A stretch of DNA of 64,000 nt from Epiperipatus broadwayi (GCA_028023455.1 JAQFVV010000002.1:7316001-7380000); one strand, 5' to 3'. Shown: positions 41,511-53,456, counted from the first letter of the stretch. The notes: generated by a model from the sequence alone, not told the origin. Translations and numbers: made by a program.

Positions 41511-42965
41511 TAAAAGTTAAGACTTATGAGAGAATTTCTCAAGAAACTCACACTTAAATATATTCTGATTGATCTTTTTGTTTTTTTAAAAACTTAACAT
41601 TAATTATATACTTAATAAGTTCTTATTTTGCAATAAAAACTACATTAGCTTTCCCTAATTATGACTTGATTTCATACTCCATTATCTCCGAACACACACA
41701 CACACAAAAATATTTTTTTTTAAATTTACTTATTTATACATCTAGCTTAATTACGTTGTTTTTGAAGTAAGCACACACATCAAAATAAATTCCATCATAT
41801 ATTCCTTTTAGTATATTTTTTTAAAAATCTAAATCTATTTTCTGATAACAAAACTATTATTAAAACAGACAAAACTCTCCATACAGTAGTGCCACTCAGT
41901 GCATCATGTGATATTTAGTGATTTAATAACAAAACTAGCTACATTATTTTATTTTATATTTAAAAATATGGTTTGTTTTTTCTCTTAAATTTAAATCCTT
42001 CATATTTTACTTATGAAATCTATTACATTATTTTAAATATTTATTATAAAATATTATTCTTATAATCCCTTTAATAAAGAATTACAACCGTATTTTTTAT
42101 TATCTAGTATCACAACTACTGTTATCCAGCTCTCCCTCATATATATGAAATCTCATGGATGAGTAAGAAATAGACAAAATATTATCTATTTCAATATAAT
42201 AAATAAAATTCAATGGGCATATAATTATTTTAAATATAAAACATCAAAATTTGGAATTTTAAAAATATTATTTAATTTTGATTGTTATTTTGTGCCAAAT
42301 ATAGATATGAAGCACTGTGAATAGGCGTGAAACTTAATAATTATGACGTTAACTATTAAACTGAATTATTGAAGTTTTAAATTTTATTACTTTTGAAATA
42401 TAAAATAATGTTGTTTAGTCTATCTGTTTTTTTTTCAAGTTCCTGACTTAATTTTGAAAAAAAAAATTAATTGATGTATAGACAGCTGTATAGACAGCAG
42501 ACAAGCTAATGAAAGTTAAGTTTTTTGGATTAGTTTGATAATCCTTCTAAGATTTGACTTAAAAAGTGATCTACTAGGATTTTTTTTAAACTAACAACAA
42601 ATAATTTTTCCATTAAGTTAAGAATTGTTCATTCAGAAAGCAACATAAAAACCACAGAAATTTTTATGTAAAATTTTGTGGCTTTTATCGTTTTGTAAAA
42701 TAATATATATATAAACTATCAATTTTGTATGAAATAAATTTTGAATAAAAAGATAAAAACATATATACATATATTATCATTAAAGTAAATTATAATGTTA
42801 TTTGGGAAATATATACCTACATTTACATAGACCTGTATTAATGCATATATAGTAGTTAAAAATATGTATAGTATATTGTAACAGGAACTATTCTATCCTT
42901 CACTACTGAGTTCAAACGCCCGTAACTCAGCTAGCAGATAAGGTAGAGTAAAATAATTAATTTCA

Positions 42966-43298
42966 CTAATTATTATTATTAAAAGGGGGATTAAACAGAC
43001 AGCTATCAGTTATATTTTCTAATTTCCGTACATGGATAACTATCTCCACAAGATCTGCCAAGCTTAGTTCAAAATAGAGCATTTTAAAAAACCTAAAAGC
43101 TTTAAGTGCCACTTTTCTAGAAAGTTGTCCTACAAGACCTTTATTGAAAGACATATCCAACAACCCTTTACAGATTAATCTATATGCTAACTCTCTTACT
43201 GTTCTTCTCAGGGTGAATAGCCTATTTACATATAATTCATTAACTATGGAGTGCATTGAGTGAAATATTGAATACCAATTCTTGATCAAATACAACAA
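42966..43298 (-). CDS. 110-codon ORF with protein-like composition, unidentified
   Basis: From the ORF track; balanced amino-acid use (RLFTLRRTVRELAYRLICKGLLDMSF...) unlike the other low-complexity ORFs; no family recognised. Confidence 0.3.
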   Translation of the reverse strand: MLYLIKNWYSIFHSMHSIVNELYVNRLFTLRRTVRELAYRLICKGLLDMSFNKGLVGQLSRKVALKAFRFFKMLYFELSLADLVEIVIHVRKLENITDSCLFNPPFNNNN

Positions 43299-43639
43299 AA
43301 ATTTATTTTCTTAATCTTAATTAGAAATATTAAAAGAAACAAACAAAACTAATAATAATTATAATAAAAATATCACACAATAAGAAAAAAAACTAATCTA
43401 TAATACATTAATGCATAATAAGAGAACATCATCTTTCTTACAATTCATTATTGCGGAATAAGAGCAAACTCGCTCCCTTCTATTAGTTTCTTACTGTATG
43501 CACTCTTACCAAAACTTTGTGGGAATATAATATATATATAATAAATATCTTTAAAAATATAGATATATAATGCCCATGCCGATTGATATTACACCAGGGA
43601 ATATATATATCAGTGAGATATATTTTAATTCATGTTTTC

Positions 43640-44050
43640 TACACATTAACAAATAAATACAAAAAAAATATTTATCTAACTCATACATTCCCATACATAT
43701 AGTTTAATTTTTACTACGATATTGTGTATAATTTAATTTAGCTAAGATATTAATGTCTTAAATAAATACAAAAAAATATTATATACATCATTATCTAACT
43801 CTATATGTATACATACATTTGCATAAGTATAATTTAATTTTGCTAAGATATTAATTTCTTAACTAAATTATATACATTTTTTATCTAACTCTATACACAT
43901 ACATATATTTGTATACATATAGTTTAATTTTACTAAAATATTAATTTCTTAAATAAATACAAAAAAATATACACAACTCTATCTAATTCTGTATGCATAC
44001 ATTCATTTGTATACAATTTATATATGCATAGCTTAATTTAAGCTAAATCT
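43640..44050. repeat. Diverged minisatellite, about 90-120 bp x4
   Basis: TATCTAA(C/T)TC near 43674, 43792, 43883 and 43980; AGATATTAAT(G/T)TCTTAA also recurs. Confidence 0.7.
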
Positions 44051-44574
44051 AAAATTGATATATTTTTTAAAAAAAGCAACATAAAAAAAAAACAAATTTA
44101 AATGTTCTTTTTTCACTTATACCAATAAAGAGAGGGGATTACATTTCATTTTTATTCTTTAAATATTTCAAAGATTCATCTGTAATACTCATTCATAGGA
44201 GACATTTCATAATGCTGGCTTTTATGATAACCATTTCCCCCTTGTTCTCAGCTAAAACAAATTTTCCGTGGCATGCTCTCACTTACAAAGCTCTACTGAA
44301 ATGTGCGGTGGTGAACAGGACAAAGAGACTATTTTCATTTAGCTAATTTTCTTGCAAGACCCAGTTCAGCATAACAGCACATTTCACATAGTGATTATTT
44401 GAAGATTAGATCTGATGCACTTGGTAAATTTCTACTCTATTTTGTTTTGTTTACTAAACTCTTCTGGTAAGTATAGGGGATTTGAACTCAGATTTTTAAG
44501 CACCCACCATTTATCCACACTATCTCATACAACTGACACACATGACCACACACATGTAGAAAAGATAAATAATC

Positions 44575-44619
44575 ACCAATATACATATTTAGATGCTAAA
44601 CCAGCACTCATCAGTTGGT
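44575..44619 (-). ncRNA. Hammerhead motif, family A, GAAA mutated
   Basis: Minus strand ACCAA-CTGATGA-GTGCT-GGTTT-AGCAT-CTAAA-TATGTATA-TTGGT. Confidence 0.55.
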
Positions 44620-45142
44620 CCAGATTATCATCTCCCATATATGTATAATCAGTGCTCAGTTTATATTAAGATAGCAAATCTTCATACTTTAATGGACAGG
44701 CTTCAATATACTCCAATATCCAACTTTTCAGCCACCCATATCATTGAAAATCTGATGATGAAAACTCAAATCCCATGCTGATGCCAATATTATTGCCATA
44801 CCCAAATCCCCTATACTTACAATTAAGCTCCAGATTTGTGAAGAGTGCCTGGTTTTCAAATATTTGCACATCAATCTTGTATCCTGCTCATCCCTCTTCT
44901 ATGTATTTAGATGGATAAGGTCCTATACATGAGGGGTCAGAGTGATGAGATCAACATGGGCATGACAATAATATTGGCATCAGCATAGAATTTGGGTTTT
45001 CATTATCAGATTTTTGATGATATGGATGGTGAAAAGTTGGAGGTTGGAGTATATTGAATCCTGTCCATTAAAATATGAAGATTTTCTATCTTAATATAAA
45101 CTGAGCACTGATTATATATATGTGTGGGAGATGATGATCTGG

Positions 45143-45186
45143 ACCAACTGATGAGTGCTGGTTTAGCATGAAATACATATATTGGT
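45143..45186 (+). ncRNA. Minimal type I hammerhead ribozyme, family A
   Basis: ACCAA-CTGATGA(45148-45154)-GTGCT-GGTTT-AGCAT-GAAA(45170-45173)-TACATAT-A-TTGGT: 5-bp stem I, 5-bp stem II with G.U closing pair, AUA triplet. Confidence 0.8.
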
Positions 45187-47111
45187 GATTATTTATCTTT
45201 TTTACATGTGTGGGGTCATGTGTATCAGTTGTATGAGATAGTGTGGATAGATGGTAGGTGCTTGAAAATCTGAGTCAAATTCCCTATACTTACAATTAAG
45301 CTCCAGATTTGTGAAGAATTGCCTGGTTTTAAAATATTTAAACCCTTCTGGCTGCATTAATATCTTTAGTTAAAACTATCAAAATTGGATTCCAAGACTT
45401 ATCCAAGAATTTCTGTTTTATTTCTTTGCACTATAGTGTAATCACCAATTGCTCACTACTTCTGATGACTGACTTTCTTTTCTGGCTTTCTGAATGCTCA
45501 TCTCTGACCACCATTGCTCTCTGACTGCCACTTCTTTCTCTGACTGCCACTATATGCACACCAAAGAACAAAAATGTTGCAATCTTTTATCTTTGATCTA
45601 ATTTTTTTTTCTAATCAGCTTGCTGAGTCTTTTTTATTTATTCATATATATATATATATATAGTTGCAGATGAGTCTTTTAATCTTTACAAAAAAGAATT
45701 TCAATAATTTTTTTTATAAACCACTTTACCAATTAAATTTTGATAACATATCTCAGTACATCTAAAAAAAATAATTAAAAGAAAATGATATCAAAGAGAC
45801 AAATCTTTAATTACTTACAAAAATGAATTATAAGAATTTGGATACAACAATGTCTCTAATTAGACTCTGATATAATAAAAGAAAAGGGTTTTGCTGATAT
45901 CATCAAAAACATTTATTAGTTGGAAACTTGGGGATTCATGCAAATAGGTAGGAGTCTGCTATTGCCCTTGACTTATGTATCTTGTGCTTGGACAGACTCT
46001 AGGTACTTTTGCTTGGGTTCTGGGTTTTGTTGAATGGATACACACTTTTGACAGGTATAATATGTATATAATAGAAACATGCTAACAACACTAACATGAC
46101 TTTAATTAAGTTGACATTTTTATATATTTGCAGTCCCATTATCCAAGCAGAGAAATTAATATGGTTAATATATTTTATTAGCCATACCAATGATCAGAAA
46201 GAGATGGTATAAAATATACAACCTCCAGCCACATTTCCAGACTATTGCATTCACTCTATGGATGCAAGAAGTAAACACTTCTGTGGATTATTTTATTTGT
46301 ATTAAAAAGATTCCTGGGTGCCATCTATTCAACTAACTAGAGTATCAACAAAAGAATGGGTTTAAAATGCTTCCAGTGCATGATTTACCTGACTAGCACA
46401 AAGAGTAAAAAACTGACTTAAATTAGACTATCACACCAATACACATAAATAATTAATTCTAAATTAAATTTAATAATACTATATGATAATTAAATGTTAT
46501 AAAGTAAAGTAAGAAAAAAGAGAAGTAATCCAAAATTAACAAATTAAAAATAACATTTTTATTTACACACCCAAAAACACACTAACTCAGTAATCAAAAT
46601 AAAAAGTAAATTAAATCATGTTAATTATAAAATCTTTTGCTAGGAATTAGTCCATTTCTAAATAGAGGTAAAAACAATTAATTTTAGTTTATAATGTTTG
46701 AAAAAAAATAAAAGTTTGACTAGACTTTGAATTTATCATTATCTTTATATTTACATAATTTTTGTTCTAATTTGTTTTAGGAGTGCACTCCTATACTCTT
46801 GAATATTGGTGGAAATCATTAGTGGGTGTTACTAGTATTTTTGGCAATGGGTCATTCCTCTTTTCTGGGTCAGCACATTACTTGGAATTTGTTCAGTAGT
46901 ACTTTCTATAGTTAAGGGTAAGTATACATGTCAGGTTGTCAAATGAACATCCCCTCTATGATTTAGCAGCACATGGTAAGGGCACAATGTCCACATATAG
47001 AGCTATACATTTATAAGTAATGCACTAGAAACATTGTCATATAATTCTATAATTAAAACCACTTCTTTTCTTTTCAAAAACTTTATTTATGTATATATAT
47101 ATCCACTTATT

Positions 47112-47154
47112 TCCAACGTTTCGACTATCTTTACTCTATAGTCATTTTCAAGGA
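47112..47154 (-). ncRNA. Penelope-type minimal hammerhead, U3-A8 variant
   Basis: Exact reverse complement of 47334-47376. Confidence 0.65.
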
Positions 47155-47333
47155 TTTGACTCCCTTCTCAAAAAACTTTCCCTTTTTACATTTTTTTTTT
47201 TTTTATCCAAAAAACCAATTGTTACAATAAAAAACATTTCTTTTTTCTAAGAAATGTTTTTCATTGTAACAATTGGTTTTTTGGATTAAAAAAAAAATGT
47301 AAAAAGGGAAAGTTTTTTGAGAAGGGAGTCAAA

Positions 47334-47376
47334 TCCTTGAAAATGACTATAGAGTAAAGATAGTCGAAACGTTGGA
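47334..47376 (+). ncRNA. Penelope-type minimal hammerhead, U3-A8 variant
   Basis: TCC-TTGAAAA-T-GACTAT-AGAGTAAAG-ATAGTC-GAAAC-GTT-GGA: perfect 6-bp stem II, palindromic AACGTT stem III, 3-bp stem I, GUU triplet. Confidence 0.65.
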
Positions 47377-47926
47377 AATAAGTGGATATATATATATACA
47401 TCAAATAAAGTTTTTGAAAAGAAAAGAAGTGGTTTTAATTATAGAATTATATGGCTATATGTACTGTATATTTTTGAAAAGAAAAAAGGATTGAATCGTG
47501 ATTAGAAACAGAAGTAAATGGATAGAAACACTGTATGACATACTGGAAGTAGAGTGAGTATAGCACATAACTAAACTGACAGCAAACTGGATGGCAGAGT
47601 CTTAATGGAAAATTTAATGGAATCATAGATTCTTCTCAGCAAAACTTATCACAATAAAGAAAAATAAAAAATTTGTATCTTTGCCACTCATTGTCTAAGA
47701 TCAACAATGTTATTAATTAGTTTTTCAAATTCTTTTGATTAATTAGTTAATCTTCTCTTTTCTTAATTACACATTGATTAAACTTATTATCTAATCAGTT
47801 GGAAAGACTAATTTCTAATAAACTTAAATTTCTTCTGATCAGATAATTTATAAAATATTTTGATCTTTAATTAGATCTCTAATTAAATCAAATTCTTTTC
47901 ACTAAGTAACTTTATAGTTACTTTTT

Positions 47927-48030
47927 TTTTTTTCATATGTCATAGCATCGGCCGGGACGCGAACCCACAACCGTCTGCAACCAACTACTTGCTTGCATGG
48001 CAGCTGCGATACCTCTCGGCTAACAACGCA
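47927..48030 (-). mobile_element. Young ~100-bp tRNA-like retroposon (short SINE or processed tRNA pseudogene) with poly(A) and TSD
   Basis: Minus strand TAGCCGAGAGGT (A box) and GGGTTCGCGTCCC (B box), imperfect cloverleaf with a long variable arm, A tail, AGTTACTTTT at 47917-47926 and 48031-48040, many intact CpGs. Confidence 0.8.
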
Positions 48031-49778
48031 AGTTACTTTTATATATTAAAAGTTACAATATAATTTTTTTTATTTTTATAATCCATTATAACATTTAAAA
48101 AATTTTTTTAATTAAAAGATTAGATAATATGTGTTTTTTTTAAATATAAAACCTACAAATTCCACCTTAGGCTTTAATCAGATTTTTTGATTTATTTTTT
48201 TAAAAAAAATACATCCATTTATATCTTGTAAACTAATAGTCTTTTTTTAATTAAAAATAATAAAAAAAATATATATATATTTCCTGAATATTAATTTTAA
48301 TCAGTTTATGTAACATGTATATGTATGTGTCACAGTATATATATAATTTGTATAATAAAGTTGATGAGCAGATATATAGTGCTGGTAAAGCTCTTTTTTT
48401 ATAATATTTTGTGTCTTACCTTTATTATTGTTTTTTTTTTTTGTAAATTTTTATATACAATATTTAATGTACTTTTGCAAATTAGAATAGCAAAATTATA
48501 AAAACTGCAATTAGTTTTTTTTTTTTTTTTTTACCAAATCTATTGAATAACTTTTTTATTGACCAAAGAAGCATAGTCATTAAAAATGACTGTATAAATG
48601 TTATGTTTTTGTGTTTTAAATATATCTGAAATAACATCAGTAAAATAAAATAATAATGAAAAAATATTACATAACACACACAATCAAGTGTTCATACAAA
48701 TTCAGACAAAACTTAAATAAACCAATAAAATCTACAATCTATTATAAAGGCAACCTCAATAAATCTATAAATCTGCAGAGGTTGCGTTAATAATAGACTG
48801 TACAATCTAATAATTTATTAAGCTTTGGATCTTATATTTGAATATATTTATGGTTTATGATGCTGTTATAATATCGATATGTCATTTCAGATCATTTCAT
48901 ACTAAACCGCTGGATCTTACAGATAGCTTTTTAACTTACTTGTATTATTTTAGCACAATGGCGTATCACATGATGTAGTAATAAAACATTGATGTATATG
49001 TATACTACAATTATACTCAACTACGTTCAACCCAGCATCCAATGATTGTGTAATAAAAAAAGCTTATTCTTTGAGGTGTATAATAGAATGTACAATATTT
49101 AGATACAAGGAATCTTCTAACAATATTTCATATTGTCATGTCCAATTGATGCAAAACACTAAATTCAGCAATGGAGTACATAATAAACTATCACACATTA
49201 AGCAATTTATATAGAACATGGATTTCTAATTCATATTTAGCACATCATTTATGTTTAGTCGATTTATATTTATTCTTTTATTTTAAGAATAGTTATATTC
49301 AAACAGATACAAGTAAGAGAAAATATCCATTATTATCCTAAATTTTAATGTCATTCAATTTATGCAATTATTAACAACTTATTTACCTTTTCTTAGAGTC
49401 ATTAAATTGATTGTCATAATAGGTTAAACACCCTGTGGTATTTCATTAAAGTGCTATTACACACACATTTATATTTTCTCTCAGTTGCTGCTAGATGTTT
49501 ATTGTTTCACATCACTGTAAGTCCCAACACTCAGTATTAGTATAATACCAGAGACTTATTTGGTTATTATAATAGTTTTTAAATATACATGTTCATAGTT
49601 CATCTATCAACTGTGTGTGTGTATATATATCATATTGCTGTTGTATATGATTGAGTCAGAGATTAAGTATCCTACAAAGAAAAATCTCTTATAAATAATC
49701 TTTAAGAAATATAAGTTATTTAATACATAAATTCACTGTCTTGCATTTTTTTTATATTTTAGAGCTAGCAGCTTATCA

Positions 49779-50057
49779 TTAAGTAACTTGTTTTTAATTA
49801 TGTATTATAATATAATGAGCATGCTAATAGCTTTAAACAAAGCTTTTTTAATAAATGCCACAAAAAAAAAGCATTTATCTTTATCTAGAATTATCCCTCT
49901 ATCCAAATTGGTTATGAGCTAATGGCTCTCATCAGTGAGGTGCTAGGACATTCAGACACTAGATCCAAAGTATAAACTCTTGCAGCATTTATCAAAAAAG
50001 CTTGTTTAGAGCTATTAGATGCTCATTATATTACATTTGTAAATACAAGCTTATTAA
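49779..50057. mobile_element. Fold-back element with an HHR relic in the loop
   Basis: About 80-bp inverted arms (ATAATGAGCATGCTAATAGCTTTAAAC / GTTTAGAGCTATTAGATGCTCATTAT); minus strand 49896-49940 reads CCTCA-CTGATGA-GAGC-CATTA-GCTC-ATAAC-CAATTTGG-ATA-GAGG. Confidence 0.75.
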
Positions 50058-50648
50058 GTTCATGTATTGTAAGACTTGGTTTTCTTATTATTAAATTATG
50101 TAATGGTATAAGTATGGATAATAGGATAAGATTTATATAGTCTCTTATTTCAGTTAGGTCAGTTCTATATTTGGTTAAACTATTACCTTAATTTTATTAG
50201 AGTCTCCACCTCACAGGCAACTCATCCCATTGGCCACCCTTCATATTGGTACAGTTTGGTATTTGCTGCATGGCCTGAATTAATGACCAACACCACCTGA
50301 GATAGGCAAAACACACTTTTCAACCATATAGAAAACATTACTAAATAGGTTAATAATATCCAGCTAGTGACATGTATGAAATAAAGATTTTAAGCTTCCC
50401 AATCAAACTATTCTCTTCTTTGGCCATTAGTAACATAAATTGTTTGAAGATATATGCCAACAACAAACTATTAGTTATTTGCATAAGCATTTTATTATAG
50501 CAAGTGAAGAGATAAGTTTCACACATATGTTGGGTTAGAGATAAGGTACTATTAATCTACATTAATGTTTTGCATGTTGTACATAACCACATGTTGTACA
50601 TAACCACATGTAAGTAAGTTCACTTATGTAAATTATTTTGCCAAGTAT

Positions 50649-51200
50649 TATTATTATGAAAGTTGAAAAACAAAAAGTAGGGCCTGAAACTATGAACCCA
50701 GACTTCATGATTATAATCCTAAGTGAGTTCCAGAAGATACATAAAAATTTTGAAGATATCAATAAACATTTTGAGGATATTAATAAAAGATTTGAAGACT
50801 AAATATGAAATTTGAAGAGCAGAAACTAGATTAAGATAAAGATTTGAAAAGCAGAAAATAAACTTAAGTAAAAGGTTTGGAAGACTAGACAAGAAAATGA
50901 AAAAATTAAAAACAGAATTAAGTAAAGGTTTTGATAAGAAATTTGAAGAACAAAAGATAGACATTAGAAATTTGAAAGATGTTAACATGAGATTTAATGC
51001 ATTTGACACATGGTTCAAAGAATTTAAATATGACCTTGAGACTAAATTCAGGGTGTCAAGAGATAAATGTACTACTAAGTTCGAATAGTTGAAAGAATTC
51101 AGCATGAAAATAGAAAATAAATTAGACTTAAACCTAAAGAAATCTGAATGGAGTTTTGAATTTTAGATGAAAGTTAAGGTTGAAGATGTTATAATGAAAT
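50649..51200 (+). pseudogene. Interrupted coiled-coil ORF with heptad repeats, possibly a retroelement gag/ORF1 N-terminus
   Basis: FEDINKHFEDINKRFED followed, after a frameshift, by KKLKTELSKGFDKKFEEQKIDIRNL; stops and frameshifts; the 128-aa minus ORF 50719-51105 is its antisense shadow. Confidence 0.35.
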
Positions 51201-51319
51201 GAAGTAGCAAATGTAGTAATTTCATGAAAGATCCAAATCATGGCAAAAATGACTGTGATATAGATGATGATCCAAGTTCAAAAGACACATGATGTAATTT
51301 CTTTGAATATACCCCACAC

Positions 51320-51435
51320 TAAAAGGATACCCCATACCTATTTTAATATTCCAGTGACCATTGTAGTCATTTCTATTAAAAGGATACCCCATATCTATTT
51401 TAATATTCCAGTGACCATTATAGTCATTGCTATAA
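51320..51435. repeat. 57-bp tandem duplication
   Basis: AAAAGGATACCCCATA(C/T)CTATTTTAATATTCCAGTGACCATT(G/A)TAGTCATT x2. Confidence 0.85.
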
Positions 51436-52089
51436 ATGTGAAATGAAGACAACTGCTACAAGTAAGTATAGCTCAAGTGACAGTTGGTAGAACAATCCTT
51501 GCATTGAGCACCAATATAAGTATTCTTTTAGAAATTCTCTTAAGCATTTTTGCTATAATTATGAAACTGAACTTCACAAGTTGTGGCAGAGACATGGGGG
51601 AAATGGTTCACAACAAGGGCTCTCAAAAGGCAAATTATATTAGAAAGCCAAAAGTGTCATGTGATATAGGTTATAATCTTCATTGCCTCGAGAGTAGTTA
51701 TGAGGTAGAAATTATAAAAGCATTGACAAGGACAAGGATTTTAATGCTACATGTCAATAATCACTCTGGGGACTATGGAACATTACCATAATGAAGATGA
51801 TTATGGGTCTGATATAAGGCCACATTCTAATTGCCATCAACCTAAAATAAGATTTAAGAAATCTATAGAAATTCATGACACATAATATAAAAAACAGGTT
51901 TGAAACAAAAGTGCATTATCTAAGGGCTAAAAGTATAGCTTATAGATTCAGATGTAAAGGAAGGGACAAATGTATTGATGAAATTTCACATTCCTTATAT
52001 ATCCTTAAGAGATTTGTAACTCATCCCAGTAAAGAAATTTAACATAAAGTAGATTAAACATATACAATCTACATATATTCTTATTCATA

Positions 52090-52620
52090 ATCATATTCTG
52101 AATTAGTTTATGAATAATAACAATTAATTAATATAGATGTAGGAATATGGATGTTTATGTTTGGATGTGCAGATTGTTATATGAATAATGCAAAGGTTAA
52201 GATCACCTCAAAGTCTAATTATTGCATTTTATTTGTACAAATTTGAAATTAATTTATAGAAGGTCAATACATTCATGGCACCATAAAGCTAGAATATTGA
52301 TGATATTCAGCATGTATCAGATTCTTGGCATTTTTATTATGAATAAATATTTTAATGATAATATGTGTGTGTAGGTGAAAGTATAATGGTTTTTTATATG
52401 CTTTAATTTTAGCATTGATTAGATAAATAACCTACAGTTTGATATTGAATGTCATTTAGATCTAGTCACAATGAATGTCATTAATTATTCTTGTTTAATG
52501 CTGGTGATATAACTTATTATTTTTAAAAATACTCATTTTATTCTATACTGATTCTCTCATGTTCCTTTTGTATTTGTTAATAAGATTCATTGTGAATAAT
52601 AATGTTTTCTCATCATACTT
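52090..52620 (-). mobile_element. Old LINE-like fragment homologous to 62270-62790
   Basis: Colinear similarity, e.g. GTTTGGAT..CAGAT..TTAT / AAAG.TTAAGATCAC / CTGATTCTCT.ATGTTCCTTTT, in both loci. Confidence 0.6.
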
Positions 52621-53249
52621 TATTTTACTTCACATCTGTATCATTATCAAAAGATAATCCAACTGTGAGCCCAATGATAATTATGTTTTCATGATCAGTG
52701 TACAAAAAACCCACATAACTTGAAATTCAAATATAGCTATATCTGAAAAACAAAAGTCAATGTTGATGCAGAATTAATAGAAGAAAAAATATATTACTGT
52801 GAAATATCTAACAAAAGTTTAAATGATGATTTATAGATTAAATTATAATTGATTTATAAACTCTAAAAAATAGTCATGCTAATATATATTTAAAAAGAGT
52901 TTATATTTGAAGTAAAATAGAAAAGAAAAGCATATTTTTTGGAGACTGAATTGAGTTTGTTGGGAATTGTTTAATTGTACTTTAAGTACTGGTGGAGATG
53001 GATAAAATATTTTATCATCAATTTCAAGTTTTTATTTTTTCAATTATTTATCATGGTCAGTTAATATAGTCCTGTGTCATTAAACCCCAGTCTCTAAGTC
53101 TCAAAAAAAAATCAAGGCATAATTTAAAGTTTTGTATTTGCCAGCCTCTATGAGTTAAAAGAGCACAGCTTTGCAAAATTTTTAGCATTATTATTTCATA
53201 TTTAGGGTTGAAAGTAGTTACTTAAATTAGATAGCCTTCCTTGTGTTGA

Positions 53250-53456
53250 TTCATCATCATCATTATCAACCATTATTAATCCACTGCAGGATGAAGGTCT
53301 CTCCAAGTTTAATCCATCTTCTCCGATCTTTAGCTTCTCTTCTCCACATCACCCTTGCACACTTTCTTATTTCATCCATCCATCTCACATGTGGTCTCTT
53401 TATGGGTCTTTTACAATCTCTTGGAATCCAGTTTTTGTGTTGATTATGCTGCATTA
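53250..53456 (-). mobile_element. 5'-truncated RTE-clade LINE 3' end with (TGA)n tail
   Basis: ORF 53266-53454 WIPRDCKRPIKRPHVRWMDEIRKCARVMWRREAKDRRRWIKLGETFILQW matches the typical RTE C-terminus; it is followed by TGATAATGATGATGATGA. Confidence 0.9.

Larger units (their letters stand above)
44468..45338. mobile_element. Family A inverted-dimer HHR retroelement (monomer about 473 bp)
   Basis: 44468-44800 is inverted relative to 44950-45290; CTATACTTACAATTAAGCTCCAGATTTGTGAAGA repeats directly at 44811 and 45284; TAAAC(T/C)CTTCTGG flanks at 44455-44467 and 45339-45351. Confidence 0.9.
47036..47455. mobile_element. Family C 420-bp near-perfect palindrome with two U3-A8 HHR motifs
   Basis: Arms are almost identical in reverse complement, centre near 47245. 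Confidence 0.9.

Noticed and set aside
50719-51105. Longest ORF in the track (128 aa)
   Set aside because: F/L/S/N-rich antisense shadow of the plus-strand coiled-coil frame.
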